A DNA stretch of 64,000 bases, taken from a virus (taxonomy: Duplodnaviria; Caudoviricetes). Shown one piece after another: positions 48,157-57,416 of this stretch (within the stretch, counting starts at the first letter, position 1; every line of letters begins with the position of its first letter). Location of the stretch: positions 186,504 through 250,503 of the IMG/VR virus record IMGVR_UViG_3300031867_000001. The stretch is one strand, 5' to 3'. The position numbers were made by a program, and so were the translations under genes. The notes under the pieces were generated by a model that made no database searches, was not told the origin of the DNA, and saw nothing but the letters and a program-made list of their open reading frames with translations.

Positions 48157-49929
48157 TTAATTCATATCATCGAGAATGAAACGTCCCTGGTCTCCCTGGA
48201 GTTGAAGCAAGTTGGAATCAAATATCAATGCACGTGATGTCAGCAGATATTTCACGATAGACAAAGTCGCAACCAACACTTCCAAATCATATTGAGAAGA
48301 AGTTGGAAGATTCTTCATATCTACAAGACTATCCGTAATGATATCGAATGATTTCTCAGGCTTGTTATTGTCATAGAACTCCTTACACAGTTCCTGGAAA
48401 GTTTCCACACCATTGTCAGAATGCTTGGACTTCCAAATATCATAACAGAGTTCCCGAATAGAATGTTCAATTGCCGTGCATACGTGAGAAGTCAGATCCG
48501 TCAGTTCTGTCTTGGGTTTCTGCATTGTATCATAATTGTATCTCGAGATTCTGTCATAACCATACCAAATCATGTTTGGTACAATACCAAATTCCAATGC
48601 AGATTTTACGATAGACACACAGTCATCGATCTTGTCCGTAATCATCTTGAGTTCCAACTGTGTTCCTGCTTTTGCACGAATCAGCGTCTCTTTCTGCTTC
48701 AATGACAGATCACGAATTCGATCATTGATCAATGTTTTGCGAACATATGACTTTTCAGTATCACGTTCAATCTTCAAGTCACGAATGTACTCCGTTGGAA
48801 CTTCTGCATTCATGATACACAGGCAGTTGTAATTATGAACTTTGACAACATATTGTGGGATCTCATCACAATCAACAACGATATGATGTACATCACGAAG
48901 TGTTGTATTCAATACCGCAGCCAAATCATGTAACGTATCTTGAATATGTTCGCCCTTAACTTCTGCAAGGAAAATGGTTGCATCACGCTTTGTCAAAGAC
49001 ATATTGACCAAATACCGTTTGTATTCCGTATCCATAAAGTCTGCACGTACACTTCGACACAGAATCAATACCGTCTCTTCTTTCGCTTTGTCATAATGAT
49101 CATAGAAGTTCTTCCATTCTGCATTACCAAATGCATGATCATATAACAGAATCCGAACAGAGGTATCGTGATCCAGTGCCAAAGCATATTCAGGATTCAG
49201 GAACCGAACACGAACACGGTAATCTCCAGGTAAATGATCCACTTCATAATTTGCATTACTGGTGGATTCAAATGAAGATTCTGAATCAACGATAATGTTG
49301 TTTGTGGAAACAACAACACCATTCTCATCGTATTCGGGCATTAAAGCGTCCATCAACATATCAACGAGTTTGTCATCATAGTTTGATGCAACACGAATGA
49401 TGTTCGCCAATGATTCTTTTGTCATTGGCAGGATTGTACCATCTTCCATATCACGCTTAATTGCCAATGAAGATTGAAGTTCCAGCTCGATATTATCAAG
49501 CACTTCTTTCAAGTGACGTTTGTCTTCGGTATTTGTCATCAGAGGTCTAAGTTGGTTGAACACTTTCTCTGCCAATAGAATACAAGACGTTGTACCATCA
49601 CCAACGGTGCGATTTACACGTTCAATGATGTCTTTGATGGTGATATATACCATCTTCTTGTATTGGTGATTGAAACCAATTGCAGAGAAGATGTTATATC
49701 CGTCCTTTGTACTTGTCATTTGATTTTGAGCAGAGATCAAGATTGTAGAACCATATGGACCATAAGTGTTCCGAAGATTATCCGCAATCACTTTAAATGC
49801 ATCATGAACGAGCTTCTGAAATGCACTTTCTGGAATGATGTTCACATGATTATCATGAGCATACTGTGTGTAATCATATTTGATTCGGTAGTTCTCCGGA
49901 ACTGCTTCATTTTCCAACTGTAACGACAT
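48157..49929 (-). CDS. groEL: Phage GroEL-like chaperonin
   Basis: TYGPYG, TKDGY, GDGTTS, IDDC...A...GIVP; 590 aa. Confidence 0.87.
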   Translation of the reverse strand: MSLQLENEAVPENYRIKYDYTQYAHDNHVNIIPESAFQKLVHDAFKVIADNLRNTYGPYGSTILISAQNQMTSTKDGYNIFSAIGFNHQYKKMVYITIKDIIERVNRTVGDGTTSCILLAEKVFNQLRPLMTNTEDKRHLKEVLDNIELELQSSLAIKRDMEDGTILPMTKESLANIIRVASNYDDKLVDMLMDALMPEYDENGVVVSTNNIIVDSESSFESTSNANYEVDHLPGDYRVRVRFLNPEYALALDHDTSVRILLYDHAFGNAEWKNFYDHYDKAKEETVLILCRSVRADFMDTEYKRYLVNMSLTKRDATIFLAEVKGEHIQDTLHDLAAVLNTTLRDVHHIVVDCDEIPQYVVKVHNYNCLCIMNAEVPTEYIRDLKIERDTEKSYVRKTLINDRIRDLSLKQKETLIRAKAGTQLELKMITDKIDDCVSIVKSALEFGIVPNMIWYGYDRISRYNYDTMQKPKTELTDLTSHVCTAIEHSIRELCYDIWKSKHSDNGVETFQELCKEFYDNNKPEKSFDIITDSLVDMKNLPTSSQYDLEVLVATLSIVKYLLTSRALIFDSNLLQLQGDQGRFILDDMN

Positions 49930-49950
49930 ATTTTGATCACCTTCTTCGTT

Positions 49951-50571
49951 TTATCTCTCATGCATCATTTTGAATTCATAAACTGCTTTACCACGTGGAA
50001 ACATCTTCTTCAGGTCATTACAAGATCTAATGATATCCACTCCGCTTGTGATGCGGAAGATATCATATTGAACAATGGACAATGCTTTTATCAATGCTTC
50101 AATGAGTCGAGCTTGTTTACGCTCGAGACTTAATTGCAGATTATGCATTGCCATGTTGATCTTTTCGCTTTCCCATTCCATATCATCACCATCAGAAGAT
50201 TCAAGGTATTCTTGTCGACGAATAATCATTACATCTCGAACCTTCTCTTGAAGTGTAGAATATTGCATCAACATGTGACGGAATGTTGATGCTTCTTTGG
50301 ATATGGTATTTTGCAGATTGACCAACCGAACTGCATCAAATGGCTTTGCAAATTTATTCTCTTCATACAACAGCATGAGAGTTGTAATAACTTGTACTTG
50401 CTGAAGAAGTATTGTTATTTTTTGATTGTAATTATCGGAATTGATACTTTCTGCACATTCAATTGTATCTGATATGACATCTGATAATGCAATCACAACC
50501 TTCTTCAATACAGTAACTTGTTCGATATCTCGTTTCTTAACACGAATGATATCAAATCCAAATAGTCTCAT
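49951..50571 (-). CDS. Hypothetical helical protein
   Basis: 206 aa, AAGGTG SD. Confidence 0.7.
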   Translation of the reverse strand: MRLFGFDIIRVKKRDIEQVTVLKKVVIALSDVISDTIECAESINSDNYNQKITILLQQVQVITTLMLLYEENKFAKPFDAVRLVNLQNTISKEASTFRHMLMQYSTLQEKVRDVMIIRRQEYLESSDGDDMEWESEKINMAMHNLQLSLERKQARLIEALIKALSIVQYDIFRITSGVDIIRSCNDLKKMFPRGKAVYEFKMMHER

Positions 50572-50577
50572 ATATGA

Positions 50578-51726
50578 TCACACCTTTATTTTGCAAACAG
50601 TTAATGTGATGGAATTCTTCATGAGTGCATACATTTTTCTGCGGGTTAATGTGGAATCGTCTGTGTCGATGTAAATCAATGAACCAAACCGATGTAATGC
50701 CATTGTTTTAGTATCAATGATATTCCCAGGAACGACTTTCGTCTTGTGGAAATCAGGCAGACCACATACAAAATCATGATTCAGATTTTTGTCCGAATCA
50801 TCTTCACGAACATTCATCCAGATCCATTTTGATGATTTGAAGATGCGGAATGGTTGACGTGCATTATGCGCATTCTGTGTTCCAGCAACAATCAAATCAC
50901 CTTTGCTCAAGTGATGTGTGAATTTATCTGAATCTTGATACATCATGATTCGAGAATCCGTAATCAACCAGCGTTGATCCTTGTGGATATTATACACTGA
51001 TTGCTTCTTCCGAGCTTGTTTGATTACTTCTTCATTATCACACACATACATGTATTTGGTATTACTGCCAATGGAGTTACGACGAATCTTTCCATAGTAT
51101 ACTCCACCTTTAGCCGCTTTATTGATCATATCCGTTTCAATGTCCCATACTTCACGTGCCATTCCGATAATATTTGGAACTTTCCGGAATGAACGTGTGA
51201 TGGTTGGTACATTAATCCATGTTTCACCAAACATATCAAATGGATCCACACAAAAGATTACTTTACCGCGGAAATAATCAACGAATGCATCCAGATATAT
51301 TTTGTCAATCAAATGTGCATTGTTGATGATTAACAAATCATATTTGTCAATGAATTTGCCATTCATATACATAAGATAGTCTTCCGTCTTTGGTCTTCTC
51401 TTCAGACAGTATGGATCGTATGGAAATACTTCATCACCTGCAATTGGTTTGTAAGTGAATAAGTTCTTGTAGTAGATATGATTGGCAACATTTTGTTCAG
51501 CCTTCTTCATATAGATGATATCAGGACAACCATCAACGATCAGGATATTTTCAAATCCACAATATACGGTTGATGTATCCAGTACGGTTCTTAACAATGG
51601 AGAACCACAAATACCACCAACCTCAATCACTTTAACATCAACACTGTGGAAAAAATCCACGAGCATATCCATAATCACATCGGGCTCATAGATATTTGTC
51701 GGTCTGAAGCATGTTTCAATACTCAT
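50578..51726 (-). CDS. Dda/RecD2-like SF1B helicase homolog, apparently inactive
   Basis: Motif order kept but degenerate (VGGICGS, LLIINNAH, IFCVDP, ITRSFR, KMYA). ATG 51726 after AAGGAGG. Confidence 0.5.
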   Translation of the reverse strand: MSIETCFRPTNIYEPDVIMDMLVDFFHSVDVKVIEVGGICGSPLLRTVLDTSTVYCGFENILIVDGCPDIIYMKKAEQNVANHIYYKNLFTYKPIAGDEVFPYDPYCLKRRPKTEDYLMYMNGKFIDKYDLLIINNAHLIDKIYLDAFVDYFRGKVIFCVDPFDMFGETWINVPTITRSFRKVPNIIGMAREVWDIETDMINKAAKGGVYYGKIRRNSIGSNTKYMYVCDNEEVIKQARKKQSVYNIHKDQRWLITDSRIMMYQDSDKFTHHLSKGDLIVAGTQNAHNARQPFRIFKSSKWIWMNVREDDSDKNLNHDFVCGLPDFHKTKVVPGNIIDTKTMALHRFGSLIYIDTDDSTLTRRKMYALMKNSITLTVCKIKV

Positions 51727-51766
51727 ATGAACAACCTCCTTGTTCAAAAAATATAATCATGCATTG

Positions 51767-51789
51767 TGTGGCGGGGTGTCCCCGCCACA
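51767..51789 (-). terminator. Terminator-like hairpin
   Basis: TGTGGCGGGG/CCCCGCCACA. Confidence 0.55.
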
Positions 51790-51804
51790 ACTGCACGTTT
51801 GTTC

Positions 51805-52461
51805 TCATCTCTTCAAAGCGAACAGCTTGTCCATGGAGAGATCAATGCCGAACTCGTTATTAGCTCTCAGGTTGTTAGTTACAAACCAAATGAGATCTGT
51901 GTTGGGTTCCTGACCGATCTTTGCTACATAGCGGATCTGATAATGACCCTCGAGCTTATTCGTCTTTACATCTCTCAGCATGTCGAAGATGATGCGCTCC
52001 GGACGCAGATATACGATGAAGTACTGATTACCAGACTTCGGATCACCAACCAGTGTGAGCTTGGAGTACTTAATCAGCTCCTCAAGTCTCTCACCACTTA
52101 CGCCCAGAAGATTCAGATGCGTAAGCGATTCAGAAGTGATCTGATCATATGTGAAATCCTTAGGATACATAAAGGGTTCCAGTGAAGCGAGCGAACCCTT
52201 ATCAAGCGAGTAACCCTTCTTATTTTCCATAAGGAATCTGGTTGCGTAATCAACAGACGCATCGTTGCGATCTACAATCAGATCCTTTGCCTGGATTACA
52301 ACTCTCATACGTACATACGAATTGCCGTTGTATCCATCCCATCTCATGAAGTCCGGCTTGATTCTGAAGCCCAGTACTTCGTTCTCGAGATAATGTACGA
52401 TATCACCTGTCGAGAAATCGTATGTCTCACCAGAGGGTTTAACGTTTCCTTTGTTAGCCAT
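51805..52461 (-). CDS. Hypothetical protein
   Basis: 218 aa, GAGGAGG SD, strongly biased codons. Confidence 0.78.
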   Translation of the reverse strand: MANKGNVKPSGETYDFSTGDIVHYLENEVLGFRIKPDFMRWDGYNGNSYVRMRVVIQAKDLIVDRNDASVDYATRFLMENKKGYSLDKGSLASLEPFMYPKDFTYDQITSESLTHLNLLGVSGERLEELIKYSKLTLVGDPKSGNQYFIVYLRPERIIFDMLRDVKTNKLEGHYQIRYVAKIGQEPNTDLIWFVTNNLRANNEFGIDLSMDKLFALKR

Positions 52462-52474
52462 TTGAATGACCTCC

Positions 52475-52849
52475 TCATATAAATTTTTGTACCTGGATGT
52501 ATACTGCCAATACTTTAATTATTGACTGCTCATCTGCTTCCAGGTCATTGAAAGACTTATCATACAAATATCGACTCAAAGCATATGAAACTCCATCGTC
52601 AATATTCATATCATAATGCTCTTTCAGTATCTGATTGACGCTATTAAGGTCATCAAATACGTGTTCAACGAATCCGATGTGTACACGATCGAGACGATTC
52701 ATTTTCGGCTTGATCATATCCACCAATGCTGTGATATCGGATTCCAGATCGAATGGTATTTCAACAACATTCGGATCTTCGGGTTCTTTTATTGTGATCT
52801 TATCGGCAGTAGCCAATCGATCACATACGGCTTTAAATCCTCCATCCAT
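52475..52849 (-). CDS. Hypothetical protein
   Basis: 124 aa, GGAGG SD inside the upstream gene. Confidence 0.7.
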   Translation of the reverse strand: MDGGFKAVCDRLATADKITIKEPEDPNVVEIPFDLESDITALVDMIKPKMNRLDRVHIGFVEHVFDDLNSVNQILKEHYDMNIDDGVSYALSRYLYDKSFNDLEADEQSIIKVLAVYIQVQKFI

Positions 52850-53306
52850 AGTTTACCGGACCTCCTCCGTTCATATAATCAACCTTACCGTACTGGGGGT
52901 TCTTAATCCCATCATACTCGGTATTTGCCATCGGTCCTTCATAATTACCGAACGGACTTTTGTTGCCGTATCCATAACCATATCTCACAGGCTGGGGATT
53001 GTTATAACCACCATTCTGCATATTGAACGCTCCACTGGACATACGGTTGAACATCTCTGGTGTGGGCGGAATTCCAGGATTTACATTCTCTCTGGAAGCA
53101 TACCCATATCCATAAGATACGGGCTGGGAATTTCCACCAGCATATCCCCAATTGTTGCTCGAGGGTCTGCCGACATTATCAATCGCATTCGAAATACGAT
53201 TAACGCATTCAGATCCCTTCTCGAATGTTCCAGCCATTCCATTGAACAGCTGATCCAGATATGCGGTATTCATACCATCTGGGAAGTTGTTATTGTTATT
53301 CTCCAT
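52833..53306 (-). CDS. Prion-like low-complexity protein (N/G/Y-rich, YGYGY repeats)
   Basis: 157 aa; YGYGY x2, motif PPTPEMFNRMSSG. Confidence 0.72.
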   Translation of the reverse strand: MENNNNNFPDGMNTAYLDQLFNGMAGTFEKGSECVNRISNAIDNVGRPSSNNWGYAGGNSQPVSYGYGYASRENVNPGIPPTPEMFNRMSSGAFNMQNGGYNNPQPVRYGYGYGNKSPFGNYEGPMANTEYDGIKNPQYGKVDYMNGGGPVNYGWRI

Positions 53307-53405
53307 AACAATATGACATTTTGATTCTTATCCAAGATTGTTGACCTTCAATCAGATACAATAAGCTCCATCCGAGATGTCACCTCGGTAGTCTTTGGGC
53401 GGATG

Positions 53406-53441
53406 AATGGTGCGTGTAAATAAATGTTCACACGCACCATT
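53406..53441 (-). terminator. Hairpin after the 53446 gene
   Basis: AATGGTGCGTGT/ACACGCACCATT. Confidence 0.5.
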
Positions 53442-53445
53442 GTGA

Positions 53446-54462
53446 TTAATACACATTACCGTATGTTTCGACACGCGGCTCACGACCACGGTGAACACGA
53501 TTCATCAGCTCGTTAAACTGATTCATCTGGTCCTGTGTAAATGTCGTCTGGCTCTGCTCCAGCATCTGCGGCTGTTCAAACTGCATCTGCGGCTGGAATA
53601 CGGTCTGGTTGTTATAACCATAACCATACGGCTGCTGCATCTGTGGCTGCTGCTGATTATACTGCTGATACGGATACTGACCCATAGACATCATATTGAA
53701 TTCTTCCAGTGTCGGAGCTCTGCCAATAGTGCCATAATTCTGGAAGTTCTGGTCAAAGTCATGACCATTGTTATAGCCATAACCATAACCATACGGCATC
53801 TGCGGAGCATTGAACATAGCCTGTTCTCTCTGCTTACGAGCTTCTTCCTCAAGACCCATTGCATGGTATCTTCTCTGGAATTCCTCAGTAAACGGATTCT
53901 CCCACTGCGGCTCAGAAGAGCTTCTATAATCAGTAAACATGTTCTGATTCATGTTGGGAACCTGATTCATGTTCATCTGCTGCTGCATAACATTCAGCTG
54001 CTGCTGCATTGCATTCATCTGCTGACGCTGGAATGCTTCCTGCTGTCTACGTGCCTGGGCATAACGATATCTTTCGTCATGAGACATGCTCTGGACATCC
54101 GGTGCGTACGGAATGACCTGAGGAGTGACGAAAGAACACGGTACGTTGCCCCATGTATAAGCACTCTGCTGGTACATATTCTGGTACTGCGGCTGGAAGT
54201 TATAATACTGCGGCTGATTGTGCATAGGAAGTGCGTTCACCTGCGGTGCGGGTGCAGACTGAACGGGCATCGGTGCAGGACCCATCGGTACGGGACCCAT
54301 CGGAGCACCACCCATCGGCATACCACCATACGGAAGCATACCACTACGCTCTGCCTCTTCCTGACGCTTCATCTTTCTGACATTTGCGATAATGCCAACA
54401 ACAACACCTGCGATTGCTGCAAGACCCATCACAGCGTAAGAAATCAGTGTCAATACGCTCAT
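53446..54462 (-). CDS. Membrane-anchored prion-like protein (N-terminal TM, Q/M/P/Y/N-rich tail)
   Basis: Start MSVLTL at 54462; TM helix then RKMKR; YGYGY x2; motif APTLEEFNMMSMGQ. Confidence 0.8.
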   Translation of the reverse strand: MSVLTLISYAVMGLAAIAGVVVGIIANVRKMKRQEEAERSGMLPYGGMPMGGAPMGPVPMGPAPMPVQSAPAPQVNALPMHNQPQYYNFQPQYQNMYQQSAYTWGNVPCSFVTPQVIPYAPDVQSMSHDERYRYAQARRQQEAFQRQQMNAMQQQLNVMQQQMNMNQVPNMNQNMFTDYRSSSEPQWENPFTEEFQRRYHAMGLEEEARKQREQAMFNAPQMPYGYGYGYNNGHDFDQNFQNYGTIGRAPTLEEFNMMSMGQYPYQQYNQQQPQMQQPYGYGYNNQTVFQPQMQFEQPQMLEQSQTTFTQDQMNQFNELMNRVHRGREPRVETYGNVY

Positions 54463-54746
54463 TATTATCACCACTCTTTCTACGGGGATTCGAATATTCA
54501 TAATGAATAGACAATATATGTCAACAAAATGTCCAAGATGTGGATTGTGATGCATCATACAATCACACATTTGTTCAGATTGTTAATATTCACTACCAGC
54601 AGATATATGGATTTCTTATTCGTCCTGAACCACTACCGATACGACTACACTTCGGAATTACATTCGAATTACTCGGAATTACATGGATTTTGAAACATTA
54701 TTCATTTGGATTCGCGCGTATATCCAAACGCATATATCTGCTATGG

Positions 54747-54763
54747 TCACATTAATTATATAA
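54747..54763 (-). promoter_or_regulatory. Candidate early promoter (partial third copy)
   Basis: TTATATAATTAATGTGAC matches the core of the 29-bp repeat. Confidence 0.5.
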
Positions 54764-54790
54764 ATAAGCAAAATATAAAAAAATAGAAGA

Positions 54791-54804
54791 AACCGATTCG
54801 TAAC
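54791..54804 (+). promoter_or_regulatory. Candidate late promoter
   Basis: AACC-GATTCG-TAAC upstream of gene 54842. Confidence 0.45.
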
Positions 54805-54841
54805 TTCGTATCGATTTGATATAATAAAGGAGTGATATCAT

Positions 54842-56818
54842 ATGGCAATATTTTTACCAGGATATGGTCAAGTTAAAGATACAAATGTTGGTCAGAGTAA
54901 TCCAATCGATTCAGCTTATTCTCCACGATTGTTTGGTGCACCACCACAATTATCAAACTTATGTGATATGAGAATCCAGAGTTCAAAAGATGGATTGCCT
55001 GGAGCAGTTGGAGATATGTATTTAAACGACATTTTGAAGAATTGTCAAACAGCAAACTTTTTTGTTGGACGAGCTTTGTTTACAGGCGGATTCAATTCAG
55101 TTGTTGCTGCTGGATTGAATTTAGCAGCATATGTTTATGCATATTCAAAGTATGGAATTCATGGTAATAATCAATCCGATGCACCAACTGCAAATGTATA
55201 TAATGAAGCACTACGTGAGATGTCCGTATCATTTAATGAAAAGGCATTAAGTGTTGATGAAGCATCTGCACAAACCGCAACAACAGAAGAAGACGTCCGA
55301 GCACAACAAGAGTTAGATGCATTGATCAATGGAACAGATATCAATTTGGAAGATGAATATTCCACAGATGGATCAATCGCTTCCATTTCAGAAGCTTTGT
55401 CAGCCAGATATGCGGAAGCATTAAATACAGAACAAAACACAGTTGATGAAGAAACAGAAGAAGTTTCTCAAGTAAATGCATATACATCTCTTGACGAAAT
55501 ATCATCTTCATTGGGAGAGAATTATAATAACTTGGAAGCAACCGGTATTGAGAATGGTTCCTTCTTAAGTATGGACATCACCACATTGGATGAAGCTGCT
55601 AATATCATCAATAACTTAGCAAGTGGATTTTCAAATAAAATTAAAGAAGGTGGTGCAACGGTATATGCCGCATTGATGGGTAGCTTATTGGTTGAACAAC
55701 CATTCTACACATTTGAAGCAGATTGGAAGACATACATTAATAATGTAAAGATGATGATCAACTCAGCAGTTGTCATGTTGGGATTACAATCCGCCTACGT
55801 CAGAATTGGTAATGAATATTGTGCAGTTGGTAGAGCCGCATCATATTCAGGTGGTGATGATGTATGGACAAAGTATCGATATATCACACCAGATGATGAT
55901 ATTGGAACACATACCTCTATTGACAATTTAAAAGGTGAGACATCACAATATGTTTCATTCATGGTTGATCCCGTTTCTGAAAGTGAGACATACACAAACA
56001 CATACTGTCAGTCCAAGATATATTCAACCGCAATTAGTGCCGGTAGTGAAATTGGTACTGAAATTGCATTTATTACCAATTCATCACAATCGGCAATTGA
56101 TGATAATGTCATCAAATTGGCAGGTGGTGCAATTAATACTGCTGAGAAGATTATGGGTTCACTTGCAGGTGGCATTGGTAAATTCACCGCCGCAGTTGCA
56201 TCTGGTATGGCTAAATCGTACACAGGTGACCATACCATTTATCCGGATATCTTTAAAGAGCATTCATCCAATGACGGTGGTATGACGTTGCGTGTAAAGT
56301 TGCGTGCATCACGCGGAGACCCATACACATATTTGATCGATGTATTAGTGCCATTATTCCATATACTCGGAATGGCACTTCCAAAAATGTCCAAGAATTC
56401 AGCCGCATCATATCAATATCCACCACTGATTCAGTGTAATGTTCCTGGTATTTGGGGTACAAGACTTGGTGCAATTCAATCTCTATCTATTACCAAAAAC
56501 CCAGAAGGTGATGGTGTATCGATTAATGGATATCCAATGTCAATTAATGTGGACATTCATGTACAAGATTTAATGCATACATTAGTAACAACACCAATGG
56601 ATTCTCCAGCATTGTTCTTAAACAACCAAACTATGTTTGATTATATTGCACAATGTACGGGTGTTGATAAATATCGTGTAAATCCAGCAATTAGAATCAT
56701 AACCAAGATTGCATTAGCTGCATCTTATGCAGATTCTATGTTCTATAACATTGGAGAATCACTCGTATCAGATGCAACACATATCTTGAATTCCGCAAAG
56801 TCAATTGCAATTAAATAA
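54842..56818 (+). CDS. Virion structural protein (tube-initiator/baseplate-like C-terminal domain)
   Basis: 658 aa; IYPDIF...VKLRA...YQYPPLI...GYPMSINVDIHVQDL. Confidence 0.5.
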   Translation: MAIFLPGYGQVKDTNVGQSNPIDSAYSPRLFGAPPQLSNLCDMRIQSSKDGLPGAVGDMYLNDILKNCQTANFFVGRALFTGGFNSVVAAGLNLAAYVYAYSKYGIHGNNQSDAPTANVYNEALREMSVSFNEKALSVDEASAQTATTEEDVRAQQELDALINGTDINLEDEYSTDGSIASISEALSARYAEALNTEQNTVDEETEEVSQVNAYTSLDEISSSLGENYNNLEATGIENGSFLSMDITTLDEAANIINNLASGFSNKIKEGGATVYAALMGSLLVEQPFYTFEADWKTYINNVKMMINSAVVMLGLQSAYVRIGNEYCAVGRAASYSGGDDVWTKYRYITPDDDIGTHTSIDNLKGETSQYVSFMVDPVSESETYTNTYCQSKIYSTAISAGSEIGTEIAFITNSSQSAIDDNVIKLAGGAINTAEKIMGSLAGGIGKFTAAVASGMAKSYTGDHTIYPDIFKEHSSNDGGMTLRVKLRASRGDPYTYLIDVLVPLFHILGMALPKMSKNSAASYQYPPLIQCNVPGIWGTRLGAIQSLSITKNPEGDGVSINGYPMSINVDIHVQDLMHTLVTTPMDSPALFLNNQTMFDYIAQCTGVDKYRVNPAIRIITKIALAASYADSMFYNIGESLVSDATHILNSAKSIAIK

Positions 56819-56826
56819 AAAATAAT

Positions 56827-56847
56827 GTGGGGGCGTTACGCCCCCAC
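56827..56847. terminator. Bidirectional terminator-like hairpin
   Basis: GTGGGGGCG-TTA-CGCCCCCAC between convergent genes. Confidence 0.7.
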
Positions 56848-56856
56848 TTATTACAT

Positions 56857-57402
56857 TTAACTCATGAACATTCCTAACATAACCAATCCAAATGTGATTG
56901 GGTCGAATGATGTGAATAAAGCGTCCATTCCAATTGCATCTTGTAATGGAATTGTTGCTTCACCATGTTCACCAGTCACATGTAAAGCAACATAACACTT
57001 ACCCGTCTCATTCACCCATTTCGTTGGTACAATACTCATTCCATTCACGCGTAAACTCTTTTCTTGTATGAATATCTCCAATGCTTTTGAATTTACTTCA
57101 AATTCATCTTCACTCATATTTGTATATAACTCATTTAAACAAGATTGAATTAACGTCAATGATTTATGGAATAAAGCTACAAATAACCAATATGATCCAC
57201 CTGGAATGAATATTCGATTCTTTTCAAACCCTTCCGAAATTGCTATCGAGAATTTGCTGTCAATAATCCGTGTTCCGGATTGAATCATTTTGATTGTTGG
57301 ATATTCACCAGTTGGTTCATACTTATATCCAAAACTCAATCGCAATTGTTTATTAACACTTCCTCGATACAATGTGTACGAAGCGCGATTATTTCCTTCC
57401 AT
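56857..57402 (-). CDS. Hypothetical protein
   Basis: 181 aa, AAGGA SD, follows RNAP beta exon 2. Confidence 0.75.
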   Translation of the reverse strand: MEGNNRASYTLYRGSVNKQLRLSFGYKYEPTGEYPTIKMIQSGTRIIDSKFSIAISEGFEKNRIFIPGGSYWLFVALFHKSLTLIQSCLNELYTNMSEDEFEVNSKALEIFIQEKSLRVNGMSIVPTKWVNETGKCYVALHVTGEHGEATIPLQDAIGMDALFTSFDPITFGLVMLGMFMS

Positions 57403-57416
57403 TGTGTTATTCCTTC

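Noticed and set aside
53491-54510. 339-aa plus-strand ORF, and similar long antisense ORFs (7224-8000, 9351-10103, 31848-32699, 52635-53324)
   Set aside because: Shadow frames opposite codon-biased genes; no SD and unnatural composition.
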